A stretch of DNA of 63,972 bases, counting the filler, from Stramenopiles sp. TOSAG23-2 (Eukaryota), in the NCBI GenBank assembly GCA_900128395.1. It is 3 parts of 3 records of this genome, joined end to end, with 100 filler letters (N's around TTAATTAATTAA, not from the genome) between each part and the next. Parts side by side here need not be neighbours in the genome. Positions count along the whole stretch, not along the records: positions 1 to 22,738 come from LT649501.1; 2 more parts are not named here. The stretch is one strand, 5' to 3'. The position numbers were made by a program, and so were the translations under genes. Under the pieces are notes generated by a model. That model searched no databases. It worked only from the letters and a program-made list of their open reading frames with translations, and was not told the origin of the DNA. Shown here piece after piece: positions 1 through 9,887 of the stretch; position 1 is the stretch's first letter; the number at the start of each line of letters is the position of its first letter.

Positions 1-147
1 TTTTTTTGATATTTTTTGATTTTTTTTTTGGGGGGGGTTGGGGGGGGGGGGGGATATTAATACTAAAAAAATACGATGTACTTCTTCGTAAAAATAATAA
101 AATATAAAAAATACTTCCCGTTTCTAGAAGTTACTTTCGGTTTTTTT

Positions 148-2274
148 TTAAAACTCACATTTTCCTCCATCATAATCACACTCTTTAGAATTACAACTTG
201 GATCACAATAATTATCCTTATTACCTTCCTCCGACCAACAATATTTACTACATATTTCTTCACAATATTTACCATAATTTTCTGCATCATTTTCACACAA
301 CAATTCGTTCCCTGAAAAATATGCCTCAATTCCTGTATCTTTGATCCAATTTGTAACTTCGTTTGGAACCTCGGTTATATTATTATCTCGAGCATTTAAA
401 TATTTCAAATATTTAAAGTCTGTTAAATACGATGGTAATGTTTTTAATCCACATCTTGCTAAACCAAGAAGAGCAAGATTTGAAGATAAAGTCTCAATGT
501 TTGTTCCACCAGTTTGCGGGATTCTATTACCGTCTAGCAATAAACCTATTATACTTGGTAACTGATCTTTCCCCAAAATACTCGGTAACAAAATACTGTT
601 ATTTCTGATATCAAAGTAAAAAACGTTGGGCAAATAGATATCTTTAGGATTCAATGGCATGCGGAGTCCGATATTAGAACTTGCTTTAATTTCTGTAACA
701 GTTTCGTGTTTCCAAAAACTATCATGAACGTGTGTAATATTGTTGAAACGTATATAAATTCTATTCAAAGATAGAAATCTCGACACATCAACATCAAAAC
801 GTTTCAAACGATTAAATTCAAAATCAATAAATGTCAACTCTTTTAACTTTTCCATATTATCAGGTACTTTCATTAATGGCCCGTTCCGTATAGCTAACTT
901 TCGTAAATTTGTCATTTCAACAATTCCATCTGGCAACATGGTCAAGTTATGGCTTTTAATATCAATCATTGCACAATCACAAGTTGGTATAAACATATTT
1001 TTACAAAATGGAGTTTTAATTTTACATCCATTGTGCCATATCATTTCCGTATGATGTTTCAATAGATCATTACATAATCCATCAACTCGTAATAACGATG
1101 TACCTTGAACGATCACAGTTGTAATTAACATAATACAATATGTAAAACTACTTCCACATACTGCCATCTTTGCCCAACGTGGAAAATATTTATTTTGTTC
1201 CATTTCAATATTTTTGTTTCTATCCATTCCATATATACTTTGGCGCCGTCTATTAATACGTCCGGAGTCTTTGTTTTCTTCTTTTATAATCATTTCATCA
1301 ATATTTGCACGAAATGTTTGAAACAACATAAATCTTAATTTTCCAAATAAGGAAAATCCAGTAATACATACAACTTGTAAAGTAACACTTGGAATTAATC
1401 TTATTCCATACAAAAATATCATTGCCCATGGAACTATTAAAAAGAATAAATCTACAAACATGTCACTAAGAATTTGTATATCACGATCTATCACACGAAT
1501 TGAAGTTCTACGCGAACACCATAATCTAAAACCAAATGAATAACCACGTAAGCCACTTTCAATTACTAAAATAAAACAAATAATAGAAGTAAGTTCATAT
1601 GGTAAATTGCATAAGAAAACACTTCTCAAATTGTAATATTGCCACCAATTCTCAAAGACTTCATATAAAGACAGTTTCCATAGATAATACCGTCCATTTA
1701 AACCAATATTTTTTCGATACATTGATCGAAAATTACTGACAATATTGTGTCGTCCTGCAATATCTCGAGTTCCATAATTTCGTTTTATCCATTTGATCAT
1801 ATATCGTTTCCAACGTATTATAAAAAATAAAATGAGTAATATGTAAAATATTGTAATTACTAGAAATGTCCAAACCCATGGACGTGATAAAAGTGCAAAT
1901 GGTCCGTGCATGTTATATGAATTTAATATAAGGACAACGCCAAAAAATACCGTCACACAAACAAGTAAAAAGAAAATAAAACAACCACGGAAACGCCATG
2001 TATTACAACATGTTAAATTTTCAGCTACATGATTTCGAATAGTATTTATATTACGAGTTTTTTTCCGTTTTACTTTATCTATCTCGTATGTAGTTTCACT
2101 TTTATCTATATGTTTGTCTTTATCTTTTACAACAAGGTCAATTGGTTGGAATGCACTACCATTATGATCATTAGTGTTATTGATAACGATTTTTGTTGTT
2201 TCATTTTTGTTAATAATATCTTTTTCAATGTTTACAACTTCTACCTCTGTTATGGAAATGGAATCATTCTTCAT
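148..2274 (-). CDS. Multi-pass membrane protein with C-terminal leucine-rich repeats and a terminal LNR(Notch)-like Cys motif
   Basis: 708-aa ORF. About 6-7 hydrophobic segments in the N-terminal half. LxxLxLxxNxL repeats (LKELTFIDFEFNRL, LKYLNARDNNI). Ends CDPSCNSKECDYDGGKC, which is LNR-like. Confidence 0.75.
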   Translation of the reverse strand: MKNDSISITEVEVVNIEKDIINKNETTKIVINNTNDHNGSAFQPIDLVVKDKDKHIDKSETTYEIDKVKRKKTRNINTIRNHVAENLTCCNTWRFRGCFIFFLLVCVTVFFGVVLILNSYNMHGPFALLSRPWVWTFLVITIFYILLILFFIIRWKRYMIKWIKRNYGTRDIAGRHNIVSNFRSMYRKNIGLNGRYYLWKLSLYEVFENWWQYYNLRSVFLCNLPYELTSIICFILVIESGLRGYSFGFRLWCSRRTSIRVIDRDIQILSDMFVDLFFLIVPWAMIFLYGIRLIPSVTLQVVCITGFSLFGKLRFMLFQTFRANIDEMIIKEENKDSGRINRRRQSIYGMDRNKNIEMEQNKYFPRWAKMAVCGSSFTYCIMLITTVIVQGTSLLRVDGLCNDLLKHHTEMIWHNGCKIKTPFCKNMFIPTCDCAMIDIKSHNLTMLPDGIVEMTNLRKLAIRNGPLMKVPDNMEKLKELTFIDFEFNRLKRFDVDVSRFLSLNRIYIRFNNITHVHDSFWKHETVTEIKASSNIGLRMPLNPKDIYLPNVFYFDIRNNSILLPSILGKDQLPSIIGLLLDGNRIPQTGGTNIETLSSNLALLGLARCGLKTLPSYLTDFKYLKYLNARDNNITEVPNEVTNWIKDTGIEAYFSGNELLCENDAENYGKYCEEICSKYCWSEEGNKDNYCDPSCNSKECDYDGGKCEF

Positions 2275-3040
2275 TGTTTTATATTGCTCTATTATATACG
2301 CCAGTATGACTACTACTATACTTTTTTTTATTGGGATTGCTTTTATTTGTTCATGAAATATAATGTATATTAATACTAGATCTTTTTCTTTTAATGTTTT
2401 CTTTTTTGTTGTTGTTGTTTGTGTGTTTTTATACTGTATAGTAATGTTAGTATTATTAAATGATGTAGTGCAACTAGTAGTAGATTAAATAATATAAAGT
2501 TGTTATTAGAATCCTCTTACTCTCTGCACCTCTCCTTTGTAATAGTTGTGCACTTCTTCTTGTTAGTTACTACTAGACGACTACTAGTTACATACATTTA
2601 TACTATTCGCTGTCTGGGCTGCGGCTGGTAATTGAAGTTATATGTAGTTATTATTTAATACGTTTAATGCCTGGTTTTAGCTAATATATTTACAATGGAC
2701 ACAGCATTGCTTACGATCCCATTTTGCCTATGCCACAGTATAGCTAGAGCTAGAGCTAGCTATAGTGTGTTACTGTAATAGTGTGCCAAAGCACGAAACG
2801 TGATTTTTTTTATAATAAAAAAATGGATTTTTTAGATTACCAGATTTCCTGGATTTCCATGATGACCAACGCACCAACGTGTGCCAGGTGTGCCAACGAC
2901 CAACAACAAGAGCACAAGAGGAATAATAATTATAAAAGATACTTTTATAATGGAAAATATATATATATATCGATAAATGTACAAAATAATACATTCTATA
3001 TACATCATACATTACGTACAAACGATAACCACAAATAACA

Positions 3041-4088
3041 ATGACATCTCGAACATCTGCAGCGTTGACTATTTTTGCCTGTACAATTAGTGGTGGTTTA
3101 TTAGCATTACCACGTGTATTTTATGAAAATACTTTTTTCCCTTCATTTATATTAATTGCAATAGCCGCATTAACTACAGGTGGTTCTTTATATGCATTAA
3201 TATTATTATCCTATTTAAATAAAGATATTAAAAGTTATGGCACGTTAGTCTATTGGTTGGGTGGCACATGCCTTGAAAAAGCGATAGAATTTATTATTGG
3301 TATATTTTTAATTGGTGTACTTGGTGGTAGTTTTATAATCATACATGATTATATTATATTGCAAACAGCACCGGAAATATTAATTGGAAATTTAATAACA
3401 GTTGGAATAGCAATTATTGTATCTTTATTATCTTTACCAACAAATATTGGTAGATTAGCAATGGCTAGTACTGGTAGCGTATTATCATTTTGTTTTCTCG
3501 TTTTTACGTTGGTATACTATGGTATAGATGAATGGTCTAAATGGCCTCATCCACATTCCCCATCATCATATCCTACGAATGTAACGAATCATTCATCAAT
3601 TACAAACCATTCATCGCATCATAAATCTTCAATACCATGGTTTCCTGTAAAAAAACCTGGGACAGATGATAGTAGTGGAAGTTTAATCATATCAACTGGA
3701 CTGGCATTGCCACCAATTTTATATGCATTTGGATGTCAAATACAAATTTTTGACATATACAATAGTGTAAACAAACGTAAAGGTAAAGATAAATTGCAAG
3801 ATTTCTTATGTTGTATTTTGTCTGCAATTATTGGTATGACATTTACATTTACATTAGTTGGTTTTTTCGGCGTATTAGCATTTCCAGATGAAAATATTAA
3901 AGGTGATGTACTTCAAATGTTAGTACATAAAGGTTTATTAGGCTCTATTGCACGTGGTGTATTAGTTTTTGCTATTGGTTTATCTGCTCCGTTAATAGTA
4001 CACCCAACAAAATTGATGTTAACAGATGTTTATTATTTCATATGCCCTTGTGGTAATAATAATGATTTAGAAAATGAAGAGGGTGATG

Positions 4089-4122
<34 letters not shown>

Positions 4123-4615
4123 AACATTAAATGTGATTATGACATTTATTATTGTTACATTGTCAACATCGCTTGCATTATCAGGTGTTAATTTTTTATT
4201 TGTTGTATCACTAATGGGCGCATTTATTGCATCGCCATTATTTTTCATATTACCAGGTATAGCATGTATAAAAATGATGACTACAAATCATATGGTAGAT
4301 GATCTTTTTGATGATTTAACTACTGCATCATTAATGGATCAAGATTATTTTACTACTACTACTAATAATAATAATAGTTTATTATCAAGTTTTGATACTT
4401 ACAATCCAAATTCTGGAGTCATTGAAGATCAACATGGGAATGTTTATAGCACAACAAGTAGTAGTAGTAGTAGTAGTGCACGGACTAATAGTAAGCATAT
4501 GATTAAATTGTCATCATGTTGCCAATGTATTTCTTTATTAATTAGCTTTTGGTTGATTATTATCGGTTGTGGTACATTTATTTTGAGTGTATATATTAGA
4601 TTGGGTCCTGCCTGA
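3041..4615 (+). CDS. Amino acid transporter, AAAP/SLC38-like (Aa_trans)
   Basis: 524-aa ORF with about 11 TM segments; N-terminal ISGGLLALP and YAFGCQ motifs typical of the family. Confidence 0.85.
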
Positions 4616-4868
4616 GAGGTTATCGTCCTGCCTGAGAGGTTATCGTCCTGCCTAAGGTTTGTGAAACGAAGTGTATTTTCATATTTTTTACCTGGCTGAG
4701 AGCTTTCTATCTGATATTTTATGATGTGTAAACCAAAATATTACAAACGTACGAACGACTTTGTACAAAAATATGTATAAAACGCGAGATATGTGCGTGT
4801 GTGTATTTGCTGGGTCCTGCCTGAGGTTTGTGAAACGAAGTATATTTTCAAAATATTACCTGGCTGAG
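4602..4868 (+). repeat. 20-bp tandem repeat (GTCCTGCCTGAGAGGTTATC x2.5) plus a degenerate ~55-bp direct repeat (4645-4700 / 4814-4868)
   Basis: Seen directly; the first unit overlaps the transporter stop codon. Confidence 0.8.
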
Positions 4869-5406
4869 ATGTGTGGATAAAATTTTATTTTTATAATATT
4901 ATAAATAAATATGTATATAAAAAATTCTCTTATTTATAATTTAAAGATTTTATTTACTCATATTATATATAAAATGCTTTTACTCCCGTTCATTAACATC
5001 TCAAATCAAAAATGATTTTTAAATACTTATTTATTATACTGGTATCATACGTATAAACATATGTGTGTGTCATAGGAAATTATTTATCTATGTAATGTAA
5101 TTACCAGAATATATATATCATCTCCCAGATATTTCGGGTATAATATCATATATATACGATTATACCGAGTATTCGTTAATTTTATCAGTGTACAAAAACA
5201 ACGCTACGAACTTCGTACGAATTTTCGTACGAAGCTTCGTATTTTTTTTTATTTAATAATATAAAAATATATACGCTCGTACGACGTATGATACGTATCA
5301 TATCATAATAATTATCCACACACAAACAATTTTTACATTTTGACACACACATTTTTAATATAAAACCAAAAGACTACCGGTTAATTTTCTCTCTCTCTCT
5401 CTCTCT

Positions 5407-6291
5407 TTACATTGTTGCTTGTTTTTTACCATCGACACCAATAGCTTGAATACCAGCTTCTCTTGCTTTTCTTTTTTTTGTACGTGTTGAAATATCAAAT
5501 TTACTTGGAACAGCATTAATAATATTTAAAAAATCTGGTTTCAAACTTGCACCACCAACTAAAAATCCATCAATATCAGGTTGGTTAATTAAACTTTCAG
5601 CATTATGACCTTTCACGGAACCACCATAAATTATACGTAAATTTGTAGCAATTTCACTTGATAAATTTTCAGTTAAAAATAAACGTAATGCTTCATGTAC
5701 TTCTTGTGCTTGTTGTGGCGTTGCACTAACACCAGTACCAATAGCCCATACAGGTTCATATCCTATAACAATATCACTTTTCCATGCATTCAATGGTATA
5801 GTATCAATAACAGCACGTAATTGATCCATGCATACTTTCAATGTACGGCCATCTTCCCTATCTTTTAACGTTTCACCGATACATAAAATAACTTTCATAC
5901 CAGCTGATAATGCATGTTGTACTTTATCAGCAACCGAAGAAACAGATTCATCATGCCCAAGTCTTCTCGTTTGTTTTCTTCTACGTCTTTCTGAATGTCC
6001 AACTAATGTATATGTAACGCCTGATGCAACGAATAATTCTGCTGTTAATTCACCAGTATATGCACCAAAACCTTTATCGGTTGAAATATTTTGTGCACCA
6101 ACAGCAACATCATTAGTCAATGAATTTTTCACGGTAAGGGTATGCAATGCAGTTGGGAAAACAACTACTTCACAACTTGGGGTGGATTGTTTTTTATTTA
6201 AATTGGATATCCACTCTTGTACTTTTTCTGGTGTACCATTTAATTTCCAATTTCCTCCTACGAAATATTTTTGGGGGGTGGGGGTAGCCAT
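5407..6291 (-). CDS. TPI1: Triosephosphate isomerase with a basic C-terminal extension
   Basis: GGNWK, GHSERR, YEPVWAIGTG, YGGSV and DGFLVGGASL motifs all intact. Confidence 0.97.
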   Translation of the reverse strand: MATPTPQKYFVGGNWKLNGTPEKVQEWISNLNKKQSTPSCEVVVFPTALHTLTVKNSLTNDVAVGAQNISTDKGFGAYTGELTAELFVASGVTYTLVGHSERRRRKQTRRLGHDESVSSVADKVQHALSAGMKVILCIGETLKDREDGRTLKVCMDQLRAVIDTIPLNAWKSDIVIGYEPVWAIGTGVSATPQQAQEVHEALRLFLTENLSSEIATNLRIIYGGSVKGHNAESLINQPDIDGFLVGGASLKPDFLNIINAVPSKFDISTRTKKRKAREAGIQAIGVDGKKQATM

Positions 6292-6382
6292 GTTTTGTTT
6301 TGTTTTTTGGTTTGTTTTTTGGTTTTGGTTGGTTTTGGTTTTGGTTTTGGTTTTCGTTTGGTTTGTTTTGGTTTTGGTTGTT
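6292..6382 (+). repeat. (GTTTT/GGTTTT)n microsatellite upstream of the TPI start codon
   Basis: Seen directly. Confidence 0.8.
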
Positions 6383-6696
6383 GTTTCAATGTTGTGTTTT
6401 TGATGATCGTGTGTGTATATTTGTTAAATCAATGTACATATATGTGGTTCTTGTGTTGAATCTATCATCAGATGACGCGGTGATACATCATATATTATAT
6501 ATTATTGGCATGCTGGCATGGGTCAATCTGGCAATGGTATCTCAATAGTAATGGCTTTTTATTACCCCAATGCTATATCAAGCCCCAATGCTATTCCTAT
6601 GTTAATATATTTAATCTTATATATACCAACATTTTCCAATTTTCAGTAATAGTTGATAGCTCTAAATCTTGAAGCACATCTTGCATGTGCCCGAGT

Positions 6697-6762
6697 GTAC
6701 GTAAATTTTAGATTCCAAAAATCGATTAAGGATATCCACTAACAATTCACTCATTCACACAG
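6697..6762 (+). other. tRNA intron 1 (66 nt, between positions 8 and 9), spliceosomal-type
   Basis: 5' GTACGT; branch-point CACTAAC at 6737-6743; 3' CACAG. Confidence 0.85.
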
Positions 6763-6803
6763 GGCGAAATTGGTTATCGCGTCTGACTTCTAATCAGAAG
6801 GTT

Positions 6804-6883
6804 GTAAGTTGCCCAAAAAAGAAAATTTCCCAAAAAACTGAAAAATTAACACAAAACAAAACAAAAATAAAAAAAACCGACAG
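6804..6883 (+). other. tRNA intron 2 (80 nt, between positions 48 and 49), spliceosomal-type
   Basis: 5' GTAAGT; branch-like ATTAAC at 6845-6850; 3' GACAG; A-rich body. Confidence 0.85.
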
Positions 6884-6907
6884 GCGGGTTCAAGTCCCGC
6901 CTTGGGC

Positions 6908-6918
6908 TTTCTTTTTTT
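6908..6918 (+). terminator. Oligo-T RNA polymerase III terminator-like tract
   Basis: TTTCTTTTTTT starting at the tRNA 3' end (T7 run at 6912-6918). Confidence 0.7.
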
Positions 6919-7077
6919 GCCTTCTAAACGCACCAGTCATCATCTTTACTTCCTGATCTTTCATTTGTGCTAATTTTGAAGTTGAACGGATGTCTAGAAG
7001 TAAAGATTTTTTTTTTTGAAAAAAATGTTATCATAATTTTAGGTATTTTTTACAGCTCTCTCTCCCCCGTCTCACCA

Positions 7078-8019
7078 TCACCCTCCTCCTCCTCCCCCCT
7101 CCTCCTCCTCCCACATATTAAAATATTCCCCAATACGAAATTGCGTTGGTCTACCTTTTAAATTTACATAGTTTGGATTATATCGTTGCTCATCCATGCA
7201 ACGAAAATCAATTGATACACGAGTATTTGTTGTATCATTTGCTATTGTATAATGCTTACATTGATTTCCCCAAAACATTAAACATTCACCATATTCCATT
7301 TCCATCGGTTTAAAATCTTTTTTATCAGGTATCGTTTCAACATATAATGACATTGATTTACAAATATTATTAATTGGAATCCAAAAATTAATTTCAGATG
7401 GTTGATGATGATATTCAAAATCTATATGTGGATGTCCCATTGCCTTTTCACTTGGTGGATTTACACGTAACGTTGGCCTTCGCTGATATATTATCTTATT
7501 ACTTGCTAATTTTAAGGATACAATATCTTTACAAAAACGATTTAATAAAGCATTATATTTTTCAAAAATTTCCATTTCTCTTTTTGTTTTTGAACCATGT
7601 TTACGTGTAATTTGCATATATATTTTATGAAATGGACTGTTATTTGTACGTGTTTCTTTTACATTATTACCTTTTAAAAGATGTATAGTATTGAATGCTT
7701 GTTCAATTATTTGCATATTATCAAAATTATTATTCTGATTCCCATCAATGTTATTATAATTCAATAAAAATTTCTCCTCTAAATTTGCTTCTTTAAAAAT
7801 TTCAATCATTATTTCTCGAAACGGATATTTCTTTACATCATATTTAAAAATCTGCATTGTTCGTGTTGATGGATGTGGTAAATATTTTTCAGGATAATTT
7901 TTCAACCGTATTGGTATATTTGATGATACATTTATATGATTATCTTCATTAGAATTAGTATTAATATTTATTTGGTTGATTATTTCTTCATGATCTACGG
8001 TGGAATTTTTATTTCCCAT
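7078..8019 (-). CDS. StrG-like 2-oxoglutarate/Fe(II) oxygenase-fold protein
   Basis: HxD motif (HIDFEYHHQPSEINFWIP), distal His (QCKHY) and RVSIDFR; N-terminus MGNKNS looks myristoylatable. Confidence 0.65.
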   Translation of the reverse strand: MGNKNSTVDHEEIINQININTNSNEDNHINVSSNIPIRLKNYPEKYLPHPSTRTMQIFKYDVKKYPFREIMIEIFKEANLEEKFLLNYNNIDGNQNNNFDNMQIIEQAFNTIHLLKGNNVKETRTNNSPFHKIYMQITRKHGSKTKREMEIFEKYNALLNRFCKDIVSLKLASNKIIYQRRPTLRVNPPSEKAMGHPHIDFEYHHQPSEINFWIPINNICKSMSLYVETIPDKKDFKPMEMEYGECLMFWGNQCKHYTIANDTTNTRVSIDFRCMDEQRYNPNYVNLKGRPTQFRIGEYFNMWEEEEGGGGGG

Positions 8020-8687
8020 ATTTTTCTTAAGTATTATTTTCTATAGTTTGATCGAAATTTTATGAATGGATTGTATATAATTCTTATCTTCTATGTTGTT
8101 GTTGCTATATCTGGATATAGATCGCAATACAGAGTAATAAATAATTAATATCAAAAATGTATGTGTGTATGTGTATTTCAATTATATTAGAATTATAATA
8201 AAAAAACTGCAATAAATTAATAAGAAGACGCGAGATGATTTGATGCATCACTTTTGGTGCGCTTTGCTTTTTTACATCGCAAATCCAATACTGTGGCATT
8301 ATAAATAAAAATTAAAACTACACAGTATTGGAAAAAATGAGATCAAATGAGTTCCATATTGTCGTTGTATTCCTTATGTACAACACTAAAAAAAGCCCTA
8401 GCATAGCAATACCATGTAATGTGAATTTCTAGCATGGGAATATAACCTGTTTCAACTAATGGCCACCAGATCACCAAACACCGAAACAATTCTAAAATCT
8501 TCATAAAATAACACTACACACTATTAAAATTACAAACTACATAATATATATGTATAATAACAAATACTATAAACACATACAGACATGATAGAGACAGTAC
8601 AAACATTTCATATATATATATATTCAGTGAGATACAAGATAATACATACAATATTATAACAGAATATAAGAATACAATAATTTAAAC

Positions 8688-8960
8688 ATGACAAAAGGTA
8701 CAACTAGTTTCGGTAAAAGACATTCTAAAAGTCATACAATATGTCGTCGTTGTGGTAAATCTTCTTTTCACATCCAAAAGAAACGCTGCGCTTCGTGTGG
8801 CTACCCTAAAGCTAAAATGCGTAGTTACCATCATCATGCCAAAGCACTTCGTAGACGTTGCGAAGGTACAGGTAGAATGAGATACAAACGTAATTTACCA
8901 AGAAGAGCTAAAAATGGTTTCCGTGAAGGTACTAAAGCAAAACGTGTAGCACGTAACTAA
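8688..8960 (+). CDS. RPL37: 60S ribosomal protein L37 (eL37)
   Basis: [12 protein letters not shown]...CRRCG...CASCGYP...GTGRMR signature. Confidence 0.98.
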   Translation: MTKGTTSFGKRHSKSHTICRRCGKSSFHIQKKRCASCGYPKAKMRSYHHHAKALRRRCEGTGRMRYKRNLPRRAKNGFREGTKAKRVARN

Positions 8961-9782
8961 ACGTATGGATATACATGTATGTATATATATATATATTTTG
9001 ATGTATGATATAGTTAATAAAAAAAATACTGATAATATAATATATATATATGTATATGTAGCATGCAAATAGGTTTATGTAAGGATAGGTTTTTTACTTT
9101 TATATTGAAGTAATGGATTGTAATACAACAACAGCAATTGATATATATATATATATAAATAATTATATACGTATATGAACACGCGTAATTGAAAGATACT
9201 AGTTAATTCACATGTATAAAATGTTATATGAATGATTTCTCAAGGACTGGTGTTTTTTAAAAAAAAATATGAAAAAAATGTTTAATATGTGGTATCTATA
9301 GACATGCCGTTTATAGATTTACACAGAGATGTACGTAGGTGTTAATCTCTCTTGAAAGTTAAGAGTGTTGTGTGTGTGTTATAATGTATTTTGTTAATGT
9401 AAAAGTACACGTTAGTTTGAAATATATATATATATTTTTATACGGTATGATGTGCGGTGATTCCTTTCTCTTGAATATTCCCCTCTGTATATATTGTTCT
9501 TTGTATTTTTTATTTGTTTATCGGTATAATATATATATGGTATGATATGTACACCAGACTAAAAAATATATAATATTCAAATATAAATGATATAAATACC
9601 ATATTCTACAAAAAATTTTTTTTAACACATCTCCTCACACACACACACAAATCTCGCCTACCTCCTAACACCAGATCACCAGATAATAGCGGATACATCA
9701 TAGATTCATACTCGTATATAATATATATATATAACACGGGGCAGGTATCGAATAGGAAGCTGGTGCAAGATTCGCATTCCGC

Positions 9783-9876
9783 TTCACAACGGTGCAGGTT
9801 CACAAACACGGTGCATGTAAAATATAGCTTCACAAACACGGTGCCAGGTACGACAATACACAAACACGGTGCAGGT
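9783..9876 (+). repeat. Short degenerate direct repeats, core CACAAACACGGTGC (about 4 copies)
   Basis: Seen directly just beyond the exostosin stop codon. Confidence 0.7.
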
Positions 9877-9887
9877 AAATCACGCGC

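Larger units (their letters stand above)
6689..6908 (+). tRNA. trnR-UCU: tRNA-Arg(UCU) in three exons (6689-6696, 6763-6803, 6884-6908) split by two GT-AG introns
   Basis: Joined exons read GCCCGAG TG GCGA AATTGGTTA TCGC G TCTGA CT-TCT-AA TCAGA AGGTT GCGGG TTCAAGT CCCGC CTTGGGC T (74 nt). The 7-bp acceptor (one G-U), 4-bp D, 5-bp anticodon and 5-bp T stems all pair. U8, A14, G18G19, U33 and TTCRA are conserved. Anticodon TCT at 6789-6791. Confidence 0.93.

Noticed and set aside
6789-6793. Canonical TSEN-type tRNA intron at 37/38
   Set aside because: The anticodon loop CT-TCT-AA is contiguous with both stem arms; the interruptions are elsewhere.
8464-9681. 13-bp direct repeat CACCAGATCACCA on either side of RPL37, suggesting a retrocopy with target-site duplication
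   Set aside because: Most genes here are intronless, no poly(A) remnant is seen, and the repeats lie far from the CDS ends.
9783-9876. Repeat-spacer-like pattern suggesting a CRISPR array
   Set aside because: Repeats are only about 14 bp with irregular short spacers, in a eukaryotic 3' region with no cas genes.
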